A stretch of 64,000 nucleotides of DNA, taken from the NCBI GenBank assembly GCA_963769935.1, contig CAVYNY010000030.1, positions 64,001 through 128,000 on the forward strand. Direction: 5' to 3'. The notes below the pieces were generated by a model, which worked only from the letters and a program-made list of their open reading frames with translations, was not told where the DNA came from and made no database searches. The stretch comes from an uncultured delta proteobacterium. Its GTDB lineage: Bacteria > Desulfobacterota > Desulfobacteria > Desulfobacterales > JAFDCJ01. Below, piece by piece: positions 52,119 to 61,881 of this stretch. Position numbers and translations under genes: made by a program. Position 1 is the stretch's first letter. Every line of letters starts with the position of its first letter.

Positions 52119-53618
52119 TCAATGGACAGCTGCATACATTACCATTGTCTCGGTTGCGTCTTCAGCATTGAATTCCTCAACGATACGCCCTTGACGGGAA
52201 ACAAGAATACGGTCGGACAAATGGAGAATTTCAGGCAAATATGATGAAATGACGACGATCGCCAGGCCATCGTCCGCAAGTTTATTTATAATCTGGTGAA
52301 TTTCAGTTATCGCCCCGACATCTACGCCGCGAGTCGGTTCATCGAAAATGATCAGCTTCGGGCGTTGCGCGAGCGCTTTGGCAATCACGACCTTCTGCTG
52401 ATTTCCTCCGGATAATTCGATGACGCGCGCATCGTTTCCGGTGGCCTTGATGTTGAGGGTCTTGGTCCATTCTTCCGCCATTTTCCGCATTTCACTCATA
52501 TTGACGATGAAACTCCTGGTCAATCCGGCAGTCATCGCCGCTATGTAAATGTTCCGCGCAATGGACATCGTTTCAAAAAAGCCCTCGATTTTCCGGTCTT
52601 CGGTTACATAAATAATCCCGTCCCTGACTGCCGGCTGCGGCACTCTGTACCGGACGGATCTGCCTTCTAATTTTACTTCTCCGCCATGAACGAGGTCTCT
52701 CTTCACAACCCCGGCAATAATTTTGGCAGTCTCGGTTCTGCCGGAACCAACCAGGCCGAAAATTCCGGTAACTTGTCCCGCAAAGACTGAAAAGGAGTTG
52801 TTACGAACAATATTCTGCATCGACAAATTCTGGACGCTCAATACCATTCGACCGGCTTTTCTTCTTTTTCTGCCTTGCGCACTGACATCATAGAGCTCAC
52901 CACCAAGCGGTCGTCCGACCATGGCTTGAACGATTCTATCTCTAGTAAAATTAGAAGCGGCATCGGTTACTACTTTTTCACCATCACGAAGCACTGTAAT
53001 ACGATCTGCTGATTGCAATGCTTCCTCCAACACGTGTGTTATAAATATTATTGTAACACCGGCTTGGCGCAGGCGATTCAGTAAAGCAAAAAAATGATGT
53101 TTTTCTTCAGGCGTCAGCGTAGCAGTTGGTTCATCAAAAATGATGATGCGGGCATTATAGTACACAGCCCTGGCGATCTCGACCATCTGCTTTTGCGCTG
53201 CACCGAGCCTCGCCACCGTTACCGAGGGGTTTACTGAAAAATTAAGAGATTGAAGATATTGCTGCGCCGCTATGTAAATCGTCCGAAGCCGATTATAAAA
53301 TTTTTCTTTTCCCAAAAACAAATTCTGGGCAACCGTGAGCGACGGCACAAGGCTGGTCTCCTGAAACACCATTGCAATACCGTGCGCGATGCCATCTGTC
53401 GGATGATTTATTTTAATGGGTTTTCCATCGAGTATAATTTCTCCCGCGGTCGGCGTAACGGCTCCTGCCAGTATTTTTGTCAACGTTGACTTACCGGCGC
53501 CGTTTTCGCCGACCAAAGCATGGATTTCGTTCTCTTCCAGGTCAAAATCCACCTTCTTGAGAACCGGAACCCCTTTGTATTCCTTGGTCATACTCTTCAT
53601 CTGGAGAATTACAGCCAT
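52119..53618 (-). CDS. Sugar (CUT2) ABC ATP-binding protein, double domain
   Basis: GENGAGKST, FDEPTATL, LSGGNQQKV, DEPTRGVDVG. Confidence 0.93.
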   Translation of the reverse strand: MAVILQMKSMTKEYKGVPVLKKVDFDLEENEIHALVGENGAGKSTLTKILAGAVTPTAGEIILDGKPIKINHPTDGIAHGIAMVFQETSLVPSLTVAQNLFLGKEKFYNRLRTIYIAAQQYLQSLNFSVNPSVTVARLGAAQKQMVEIARAVYYNARIIIFDEPTATLTPEEKHHFFALLNRLRQAGVTIIFITHVLEEALQSADRITVLRDGEKVVTDAASNFTRDRIVQAMVGRPLGGELYDVSAQGRKRRKAGRMVLSVQNLSMQNIVRNNSFSVFAGQVTGIFGLVGSGRTETAKIIAGVVKRDLVHGGEVKLEGRSVRYRVPQPAVRDGIIYVTEDRKIEGFFETMSIARNIYIAAMTAGLTRSFIVNMSEMRKMAEEWTKTLNIKATGNDARVIELSGGNQQKVVIAKALAQRPKLIIFDEPTRGVDVGAITEIHQIINKLADDGLAIVVISSYLPEILHLSDRILVSRQGRIVEEFNAEDATETMVMYAAVH

Positions 53619-53623
53619 AGTGT

Positions 53624-54697
53624 TTATCTCTTCTCAATCCGATCAATCGGATATGATGCGACCATGCCGTCGCCTTTAACGGCCAGCAACAATCTTGCCT
53701 TATGTTCCATGCAACTTGTGATGCCGTGCTTTGACCCGTCGGCTCTACTGTGTAAACTGCCGACCGGCTGGAAGTTGCCGTCTAGCCGGATAACCAAACC
53801 ATAGGATCGGGCAGGAGACCATGGTTTCATTATTCCCAACTGCTTGACGCCTCCGGCTTGCAGCGGCTCATAGAGCGATTTATTGCTGCGTAGGGTCGGA
53901 GCCAGCCAGAAATCGGGATCAATGTTTTCCAGCATTAATTTACGGTATCTTTTTTCTCGCAGCACAAACTCCACCAACTGGCTGCGGGGAGCAAATACAG
54001 TCAGCCAAATGCCGTTCTCACGAGCCGGCGCCATCCGGGAGACATAGCCGGGCAAATGCCCCAGCACCTCATCCGGCGGCTTGCTCCCGTCTAAAAAGAT
54101 TCTGAGGAGCCGGCTCCGCCAACTTTCCGCAACAATAAACATTTTGCCGTCATAATAAATGCCATACGGAAAAGCCAAGCCGCCGCAGATCTTGGTCTGC
54201 TTACCAGTGGCTATTTCGACACGCCATACCGATCCCGATGAATTCTTTTCCATAAGATCTCTCTTCCACTCATTGTACTTGTTTGTGGCAGATCCATGGG
54301 TGACGAATAAGTGGTTGTCGGAATCGGCCTGCATCGCTGTGGGGCAGTTGGCTCCTTTATTTGGTTTAATGATTTTACCATTGTCCGGTCCATTGACAAT
54401 GGCGATCCGGCCATCAATTAATCCAACGGCCAGTCCTCCATTTGGTAATCCCGTCATACAGGATATCTCGACATCGAAACGGGCGACCTCTTTGGCTCCA
54501 TTATCGACTTCCAAGATTTTGGAACGGCTGCTGACAACAGGTACACCGTTCATAATCGCAAGGCAATCCGGAGCGTCAACAATCAATAATTTTTCAGTTT
54601 CTTCTAATAGCTCATTTGGCATTAACGCCCCGTCCAATGGAGGAACGGTAATCGAGAACTCTCCGCGACCTAAATATTTCTTTATCATCCTTATCAT
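53624..54697 (-). CDS. Strictosidine-synthase/SMP-30-like beta-propeller protein (free)
   Basis: GLAFPYGI, VAESWRSRL, LPGYVSRM, SLHSRADG; ATGA overlap with the upstream stop. Confidence 0.75.
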   Translation of the reverse strand: MIRMIKKYLGRGEFSITVPPLDGALMPNELLEETEKLLIVDAPDCLAIMNGVPVVSSRSKILEVDNGAKEVARFDVEISCMTGLPNGGLAVGLIDGRIAIVNGPDNGKIIKPNKGANCPTAMQADSDNHLFVTHGSATNKYNEWKRDLMEKNSSGSVWRVEIATGKQTKICGGLAFPYGIYYDGKMFIVAESWRSRLLRIFLDGSKPPDEVLGHLPGYVSRMAPARENGIWLTVFAPRSQLVEFVLREKRYRKLMLENIDPDFWLAPTLRSNKSLYEPLQAGGVKQLGIMKPWSPARSYGLVIRLDGNFQPVGSLHSRADGSKHGITSCMEHKARLLLAVKGDGMVASYPIDRIEKR

Positions 54698-56817
54698 GAG
54701 CGGTCTCCCCAATATGATAACTTTCCTGTCCAGGAAGTATCCGCACCTGAAAGACGAATCCGGCCGATGCGATTGTTATTAATCCCGCCCAGGTATAAAT
54801 AGCCCCGATGCTCACGCATTGATGTGACCATCGGATGATTCTCCCCGCCGAGATCCCAAAATGATTCGAGGACTTCACCGTGATCGTTAAACTTAATCAC
54901 ACAACCTGTGTTAATGTTCGGGAACAACCATTCATCGCTGGCTACTCTGCGCGACATTCTTTTGCGAAAACCGGGCATTGTCATTGCCAGATCATACGTC
55001 GGTGTTCTCATACCAACGAGCGCCAGCCAGTAATGGCCGTCGGAGGATCGATTGATATTATCCGGATAGCCCGGTATATTGGGTAAAATACTTTCAACCT
55101 TGCCGGCCTTCGGCCCATTCAGCCAATAACGGCTGACCCGGCATCCCCATGTTTCCGCAAAGAAAAACGAGTTATTATCATGCGCCACGCATACACCATT
55201 CGAAAACACAAGATTCCTGATAAGCGTTTTGGTCTTCTTATTGGAAGGGTCGTAGCAAAGAATACGTCCGTTTCCTCTACTCTCAAGAGAATCCACCGGC
55301 CATTCGTGCATTTCATAGCGTTTTGTTGCTTCGCTGAAGAATACTCTTCCATCCGGCGCTACATCCAAATCATCGGCCAGACTCAAGCGAGAGTCGTCGA
55401 TTATCGACCAAGGGGTTCTGTTGGTTTCATCCGTCAATTTGGTGATTGATCTGTCTTTACCAATGCTGTAAAGTCCCATTCCCCCGATGCAAACCAGAAT
55501 ATTGCCGTTTTTGTCCCATGCCAATCCCAATGGCCTGCCGCCGCAATGCGCAAATACTTCCGGCTCTTTATACTCAGGTGCTTTGAAACGAATAATATCC
55601 CCTATTCTATTGCCTGTATAGATATCGTCATTATTGTCCAGGAGGATGTCTTCCGGTCCATCGATTTTGCCGAGTCCGATCAGCTCGACATCGCGCAGGC
55701 GATCATTAATTGCGTAAGGTGATGCTGATCCTGCCTCCGTGGCCGGAGGCGGCGGAAGCGGAAAATAAGTTGGGGAAACATAAACTTTTGTTAATATTTT
55801 GTAACGGTTTTTAATAAACCGAATGTCAACAATCACTGCAAACAGAAGCATTATACCCAGAAATACTTGAGTGGCACCACTCTGCAGTCCAAGGCGAATC
55901 AAGCCGTTAGTTAGAAGAAGAACTATAAGGGCGCCCATAACTGCCTTGGCGGCCGAACCTCTGCCTCCGCCTAAACTGTTTCCCCCGACCACGGCAGCAG
56001 TAAGCACCATGAGTTCAAGCCCCACGCCGGTATCGGAGCCTACGCTGGAGAGTCTTGTTGCATACAGAAAGCCTGCCATGCCAACAAGAATACCGGCCGC
56101 GATATAAGTCAGACAAATATCGCGTTTTACTGCGATCCCGACGTTATAAGCCGAGCGACGCGCCCCGCCTATCGCCATAATACGCCAGCCGGGCTTCATA
56201 CGGCTGATAACTAAATGGACGCTGACACCGACAATCATAAGCACCCAAAAACTGGAAGGAATTTGCAGCAGAGTCCCTTCTCCGAGGAAATCCCATATGG
56301 GGGAGTCCGGGAATTTACCCGCCATGTCGGTAGCATAGCGCAAATACAATAAGTCCACGATTGACCTGACGATGACGAGCGTGACCAGCGTTGTAAGGAA
56401 AGCGCGAAGCCGCAGATAACCAATCAATATACCATTGACGAGGCCGACGAGCGCTCCAATCAGAAGAGACGCCATTAACACGGGCACTATCGGCCAACCC
56501 GCAAGAGATGTTAGTCCCAGTGCGGATAAATTTACCAAGGCGAATGTGGAGGCGACGCTAAGATCGATGCCGCCGGAGACCATGACGACCATCATGGCAA
56601 TTACGATTATGCCAAACTCACCTAGCTGCCGAGAGGTGTCGACCAGACTGCCTGTTGTGAAAAAATCCGGAATGATTGTACCTAAGCTTGTAACAACGGC
56701 AATTAAAACCAGAAACGGAATTAAATTATCAACCCAACGCTTTGTCAGGATTTCACCTATAAGGTGCGTCGGCAGATAGACATAGCGAAACCTCATCGCT
56801 CCATTGTATAAAGACAT
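54694..56817 (-). CDS. Fusion: CUT2 sugar ABC permease + strictosidine-synthase/SMP-30 (APMAP-like) beta-propeller
   Basis: Residues 1 to about 335: GGIDLSV, AFLTTL, LELMVLTAAVVGGNSLGGG. Pro-rich linker. Then GPEDI, GRPLGL, ADDLDV, FSNGV, FAET, PGYPDNI, GHYW. Confidence 0.88.
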   Translation of the reverse strand: MSLYNGAMRFRYVYLPTHLIGEILTKRWVDNLIPFLVLIAVVTSLGTIIPDFFTTGSLVDTSRQLGEFGIIVIAMMVVMVSGGIDLSVASTFALVNLSALGLTSLAGWPIVPVLMASLLIGALVGLVNGILIGYLRLRAFLTTLVTLVIVRSIVDLLYLRYATDMAGKFPDSPIWDFLGEGTLLQIPSSFWVLMIVGVSVHLVISRMKPGWRIMAIGGARRSAYNVGIAVKRDICLTYIAAGILVGMAGFLYATRLSSVGSDTGVGLELMVLTAAVVGGNSLGGGRGSAAKAVMGALIVLLLTNGLIRLGLQSGATQVFLGIMLLFAVIVDIRFIKNRYKILTKVYVSPTYFPLPPPPATEAGSASPYAINDRLRDVELIGLGKIDGPEDILLDNNDDIYTGNRIGDIIRFKAPEYKEPEVFAHCGGRPLGLAWDKNGNILVCIGGMGLYSIGKDRSITKLTDETNRTPWSIIDDSRLSLADDLDVAPDGRVFFSEATKRYEMHEWPVDSLESRGNGRILCYDPSNKKTKTLIRNLVFSNGVCVAHDNNSFFFAETWGCRVSRYWLNGPKAGKVESILPNIPGYPDNINRSSDGHYWLALVGMRTPTYDLAMTMPGFRKRMSRRVASDEWLFPNINTGCVIKFNDHGEVLESFWDLGGENHPMVTSMREHRGYLYLGGINNNRIGRIRLSGADTSWTGKLSYWGDRS

Positions 56818-56838
56818 TTTTTAAACCTTCTAAGGAGT

Positions 56839-57870
56839 CTATTTCTTTATCAATTCAGCAGGGTCCCAGCAAGAATCGGATTTGATGGTTTCTTTATTGA
56901 TCAGTTGCAATGGGGAAAGTATAGAAACCTTGTACTCTCCCGGCTTGACTTTAGACTGCAGCAGGTATGAAATCAGAGCGAAAATATCACGGCCCTGTCC
57001 GGGAACATTGTAAGAAATAACTTCGTCAAAGGTCCCATCCATAACGTTGTCACAGGAAAACTTGGCGCCGCCGCCGGAGGTATTCAAGTATACCGGCTTA
57101 TCCCGTTTGGCCCGTTTATTAAATTCCTGGACTGCCGCAGCGGTACCGGTGTCCATTACGTCCCACATTCCCATAATCCCGCAAATGTCCGGATTTGCCT
57201 GCAGAATTGTAGCTGTGATGTTGCGGGCTTTGGTCGCATCCCAGTCCGCAGCCTGGTCGGCAACGATTTTTATTTCGGGATGTTGGGACAGGACATTCTC
57301 GACACCTTTCCTGGCAAAACCGCTGGCGCCCGAGGTAACAACCCCCTGCACAATTGCCACTTTACCGCTTGTGCCCGAGCCTTCGCCGCAGACCTTAACG
57401 ATTTGTTCGGCCTGCATTTCACCGATCCGGGTATAGTCGGCTCCCACGAATCCGGAACTTCCCATGCTCGATCTCATGTTAACCGAGATTACATAAATGC
57501 CGGCCCGTTCAGCTCTCTGGATAAGCTTGGCATAAGAATTCACATCAGGATTATGAACTACGATTACGTCCGGTTTCTGCGAGATCAGGGAGGTAATAGC
57601 CTGGGCCCCGGCATCGATATTATAATTCGGATCACGTATTGAAAAATCCATTCCCACGTCGGTTGCCAGGCTTCTCAGAGTAGCGGCCCAACCATCCGTC
57701 AAGTAAGAACCCATAGCAACGGGGACAAACACGATCTTTTTTCCCTTGAGTGCTTTATAATAATCGAGACGCGCCGGATCATCAACGCCCGCTGCCATAG
57801 CGTTTTGAAGCATCGCAGCACCGATGACGAATGAAATTGCCAAGCATAAAATTGCCCATCTCTTTTTCAT
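56839..57870 (-). CDS. Sugar-type ABC substrate-binding protein, copy A
   Basis: Signal peptide, type I periplasmic binding-protein motifs (FVGADYTRIG, QAADWDATKA); near-identical to 59805..60836. Confidence 0.9.
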   Translation of the reverse strand: MKKRWAILCLAISFVIGAAMLQNAMAAGVDDPARLDYYKALKGKKIVFVPVAMGSYLTDGWAATLRSLATDVGMDFSIRDPNYNIDAGAQAITSLISQKPDVIVVHNPDVNSYAKLIQRAERAGIYVISVNMRSSMGSSGFVGADYTRIGEMQAEQIVKVCGEGSGTSGKVAIVQGVVTSGASGFARKGVENVLSQHPEIKIVADQAADWDATKARNITATILQANPDICGIMGMWDVMDTGTAAAVQEFNKRAKRDKPVYLNTSGGGAKFSCDNVMDGTFDEVISYNVPGQGRDIFALISYLLQSKVKPGEYKVSILSPLQLINKETIKSDSCWDPAELIKK

Positions 57871-59774
57871 TTTCTTACCTCCTTGGTTTGCCATTTTATC
57901 TTTAAATTGATCGGCAGGTCTATGAAAGCATAGATTATTTCCGCTTCGATCTCTCGTTTGTTTTTTTCTACCTTGCCTGAATTAACAACTACCGTAACAT
58001 CAGTTTTGCCGTCTTTGAGCGTTTCCGTCCTGATATCAGCAACAGTCCCTTGATCCATGTATTTCGATAGAATCTGGCGCGTCTTTTCCTTTACTCCCAG
58101 TTCGCGAAGAGATGGTTTGAATATTTTTCCGACCGTAGTCGTCGGCATCTCTTCAATCTCAAAGATTTTTTTAGGTTTGGCCGGTGGTTCAGCAATGTGC
58201 TTGATCATATATTTTTCGAAATCCACAATGTCCAGATCTTTCCCCGGTGCCTTTACGACAAAGAGAATCGGCACCTCACCGGCATACTCGTCAGGCATAC
58301 CCACAGCGGCACTCAGCGCTACCGCTGGATGGGCATCGGCAACTTCTTCAATAGAGGCCGGATCAATATTGTGGCCGCTACGAATAATGAGATCTTTTTG
58401 GCGACCAGTTAAAAACAGCCTATTTCCAACATTCATATAGCCTAAATCTCCGGTCACCAGCCAGCCGCCTTCCAACAAAGCCCCGGCATTATGCTGCGGG
58501 TCTTTGTATCCCGGAAACACCTGCGGTCCGCGAACCAGCACGGCTCCTATCTCCCCGACATCGCATTTAACCACGGTTTCATTTTCAAGTTCTTTCTGTC
58601 TGGCAACTATAAGGTCGGAAAAAGGAACCCTCAGGCCGGCCGATCCCAGAATCCGCTTCCCCATGACAGGGTTGCTCGAAATCATGGCCCCCGTCTCCGT
58701 CATTCCGTATTGCTCGTAAAGAGAACCATTGATCTTCATTTCAAAACGTTCACCGACAGGTACCGGACATAGGGCTCCACCCGTGGTCCCTATTCGCACG
58801 GATGAAATGTCGGCATCTCCAACCGGGACATCGGAAATAGCAACAAGAGCCGTGGGAACGCCACCGATGATGGTCGCTTTATACCGTTCAACAATTTTCC
58901 AATAGTTGCGAAGTATATCCTGGTTTCTCAAGCCATAGGGGGAAAGAATGACATCGTGCGCACCGGCGGCCATCGCGGACATGCCTGACGATATCGTCCC
59001 TCCGACGTGAAACATCGGCAGACAATTCAAGATCACATCTGTTTCATCGATACCCCACATTTGCGCAAACGCCCAGGCACCATGGATCTGGTTGCCATGG
59101 GTCAGCTGGACGAGCTTTGGAGTTCCGGTTGTACCCCCGGTGTGAAACAAGGCGGCGATTGTATTTCTGCCTATTTCTCTGGCAAAGGTTAAACGGTCAT
59201 TGGGATAGGCCTTGACCGTTTCATCGAAATCATGCATGCGGCTATCTTTTACCGGCCCACCGCCGAGAACGAATATTTTCCTGATCATATCTGCTTGGGC
59301 GATGACTGCCTGGACCTTTGTCCAAATGTCTTTGTCCACATTCGGACCGGGAACGACAAGAATTTCCGCATTTTCCGCGCGCAACAAATCAACAATTACG
59401 TCGGGGCTAAGAAGATAGTTGATACTGCTCACAATGCCTGCCGTCTGGGTACCCCAAATTGTGGCCGGGATTTGGTCATAGGTCGGAGAAATAATGGCGA
59501 CGACACCGCCTTTTCTCGTGACCGTATCGTACATCATGTTGGCCACACGCGTAACTTCTCGCAATAGTTCTTTATTGGTCCGGGTATGGGCGGCATCGTC
59601 TAAATTGCCTGAAGGCAGAACCGTTAACCCCGGTCTGTCAGGGTAAAGTGTAGCAGTGGCAGTGAAAAGATCATAGACACTTTTTGCTGTCACCAATTCG
59701 TCGTAAGGTTGCTTCTCAAGGGTTTCAATATCCTTAAGATCTCTAATCGGTATCGTATACTTCGTTGTTCTCAT
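57867..59774 (-). CDS. Acyl-CoA synthetase (AMP-binding), copy 1, intact
   Basis: Same adenylation motifs as copy 2; 635 aa. Confidence 0.92.
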   Translation of the reverse strand: MRTTKYTIPIRDLKDIETLEKQPYDELVTAKSVYDLFTATATLYPDRPGLTVLPSGNLDDAAHTRTNKELLREVTRVANMMYDTVTRKGGVVAIISPTYDQIPATIWGTQTAGIVSSINYLLSPDVIVDLLRAENAEILVVPGPNVDKDIWTKVQAVIAQADMIRKIFVLGGGPVKDSRMHDFDETVKAYPNDRLTFAREIGRNTIAALFHTGGTTGTPKLVQLTHGNQIHGAWAFAQMWGIDETDVILNCLPMFHVGGTISSGMSAMAAGAHDVILSPYGLRNQDILRNYWKIVERYKATIIGGVPTALVAISDVPVGDADISSVRIGTTGGALCPVPVGERFEMKINGSLYEQYGMTETGAMISSNPVMGKRILGSAGLRVPFSDLIVARQKELENETVVKCDVGEIGAVLVRGPQVFPGYKDPQHNAGALLEGGWLVTGDLGYMNVGNRLFLTGRQKDLIIRSGHNIDPASIEEVADAHPAVALSAAVGMPDEYAGEVPILFVVKAPGKDLDIVDFEKYMIKHIAEPPAKPKKIFEIEEMPTTTVGKIFKPSLRELGVKEKTRQILSKYMDQGTVADIRTETLKDGKTDVTVVVNSGKVEKNKREIEAEIIYAFIDLPINLKIKWQTKEVRK

Positions 59775-59804
59775 CTTAATTCATCGATTTCAAATAGTTA
59801 AAGT

Positions 59805-60836
59805 CTATTGCTTTTTTAATTCAGCAGGATCCCAGCAAGAATCGGATTTGATGGTTTCTTTATTGATCAGTTGCAATGGGGAAAGTATAGAAACCTTGTA
59901 CTCTCCCGGCTTGACTTTAGACTGCAGCAGGTATGAAATCAGAGCGAAAATATCACGGCCCTGTCCGGGAACATTGTAAGAAATAACTTCGTCAAAGGTC
60001 CCATCCATAACGTTGTCACAGGAAAACTTGGCGCCGCCGCCGGAGGTATTCAAGTATACCGGCTTATCCCGTTTGGCCCGTTTATTAAATTCCTGGACTG
60101 CCGCAGCGGTACCGGTGTCCATTACGTCCCACATTCCCATAATCCCGCAAATGTCCGGATTTGCCTGCAGAATTGTAGCTGTGATGTTGCGGGCTTTGGT
60201 CGCATCCCAGTCCGCAGCCTGGTCGGCAACGATTTTTATTTCGGGATGTTGGGACAGGACATTCTCGACACCTTTCCTGGCAAAACCGCTGGCGCCCGAG
60301 GTAACAACCCCCTGCACAATTGCCACTTTACCGCTTGTGCCCGAGCCTTCGCCGCAGACCTTAACGATTTGTTCGGCCTGCATTTCACCGATCCGGGTAT
60401 AGTCGGCTCCCACGAATCCGGAACTTCCCATGCTCGATCTCATGTTAACCGAGATTACATAAATGCCGGCCCGTTCAGCTCTCTGGATAAGCTTGGCATA
60501 AGAATTCACATCAGGATTATGAACTACGATTACATCCGGTTTCTGCGAGATCAGGGAGGTAATAGCCTGGGCCCCGGCATCGATATTCCAATTCGGATCA
60601 CGTATTGAAAAATCCATTCCCACGTCGGTTGCCAGGCTTCTCAGAGTAGCGGCCCAACCTTCCGTCAGGTCAAAGCCCATGGCACAGGGGACAAACACGA
60701 TCTTTTTTCCCTTGAGTGCTTTATAATAATCGAGACGCGCCGGATCATCAACGCCCGCTGCCATAGCGTTTTGAAGCATCGCAGCACCGATGACGAATGA
60801 AATTGCCAAGCATAAAATTGCCCATCTCTTTTTCAT
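59805..60836 (-). CDS. Sugar-type ABC substrate-binding protein, copy B
   Basis: AGGAGG RBS, signal peptide, same motifs as copy A. Confidence 0.9.
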   Translation of the reverse strand: MKKRWAILCLAISFVIGAAMLQNAMAAGVDDPARLDYYKALKGKKIVFVPCAMGFDLTEGWAATLRSLATDVGMDFSIRDPNWNIDAGAQAITSLISQKPDVIVVHNPDVNSYAKLIQRAERAGIYVISVNMRSSMGSSGFVGADYTRIGEMQAEQIVKVCGEGSGTSGKVAIVQGVVTSGASGFARKGVENVLSQHPEIKIVADQAADWDATKARNITATILQANPDICGIMGMWDVMDTGTAAAVQEFNKRAKRDKPVYLNTSGGGAKFSCDNVMDGTFDEVISYNVPGQGRDIFALISYLLQSKVKPGEYKVSILSPLQLINKETIKSDSCWDPAELKKQ

Positions 60837-60900
60837 TTTCCTACCTCCTTGGTTTATTTTGGTTGTTATTTAGATTAGCGATAAGGCTGCCATAAATGAG

Positions 60901-61881
60901 TCAGATGTCACCCTGCTGTGCGGTTTGCTCATCGCGGGGATTCATTAGGCTGTCTATGATGATGGCAATCAGGAGAATGCAGCTCTTGACAACATTTTGC
61001 AGGGTGTATTGGATATCCATGATGGTCATGCCATTCCAGAGAACTCCGATCAGGAGCGTGCCGACAACAACATTGCGAATGCCGCCTCGCCCGCCCGAAA
61101 GACTTATGCCGCCGATGACGACAACCAGAAGCACGTCATATATGAAAGTCCCGGTAACCTGGCGTGTATTGACGGAAGCCACGGTCACGGCCGAAATGAT
61201 TCCCGAAATATAACCAATAAGAGCGGACAGCGTGTACTGTAAGACTATTATCGGACGAACCGGTATTCCAACTATGCGAGATGCCTCAAGGTTATCGCCG
61301 ATCGAGTAGATTTGTTGACCTGGCCTCGTAAATTTCAGGAAAAGAGCGGTTAAGGTCAAAACCACAATAAAAAATATCACCGGCATGGGTATAATGCCGA
61401 AAAGATATTTATTTCCCATCCAGGCAATCGCTGAAGCGTTCGGCGGCATATAAACAACTTCAAAATCGATTAGCTTGAGCCGCACGATGCCAAAAACAAA
61501 GATTCCCATTGCCAGCGTGCAGAAGATCGCCGGAATTTCAGCGAAGGCAATGATCAACCCATTGGCCAGGCCGACCAAAATCGCAAAACCGAGCCCTATA
61601 ATCAGAGCGGTCTCAATAGAAAAACCGTGGCCGGCGAGATAAAAGGCCCAGGCAGTAGACATCGCCATAGTGGAAACGATCGAAAGGTCAATCCCCCGAC
61701 CCAGGACGACTACGGCCATTGCCGTGGCGAGAATTCCCAGTGCGGAGACATTCCGGACAAGTGTAAACAAATTCTCGGCAACAAAAAAGCGTTCAAGCGT
61801 AACGGAGAATACGACAAAAAGCGCCACCGTAATCCCAATTACAATTTTCTCCTGTGTGATATGAAGACGAGATAGCAACAT
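60901..61881 (-). CDS. CUT2 sugar ABC permease
   Basis: GRGIDLSI, EIPAIFCTLA, SIGDN, VVIGGISLSGGRG; start taken as MLLSRL. Confidence 0.88.
   Translation of the reverse strand: MLLSRLHITQEKIVIGITVALFVVFSVTLERFFVAENLFTLVRNVSALGILATAMAVVVLGRGIDLSIVSTMAMSTAWAFYLAGHGFSIETALIIGLGFAILVGLANGLIIAFAEIPAIFCTLAMGIFVFGIVRLKLIDFEVVYMPPNASAIAWMGNKYLFGIIPMPVIFFIVVLTLTALFLKFTRPGQQIYSIGDNLEASRIVGIPVRPIIVLQYTLSALIGYISGIISAVTVASVNTRQVTGTFIYDVLLVVVIGGISLSGGRGGIRNVVVGTLLIGVLWNGMTIMDIQYTLQNVVKSCILLIAIIIDSLMNPRDEQTAQQGDI

Noticed and set aside
56839..60836. Diversity-generating retroelement template/variable repeat explanation for the twin SBPs
   Set aside because: No reverse transcriptase in the window, the differences are not adenine-specific, and both copies are full genes.
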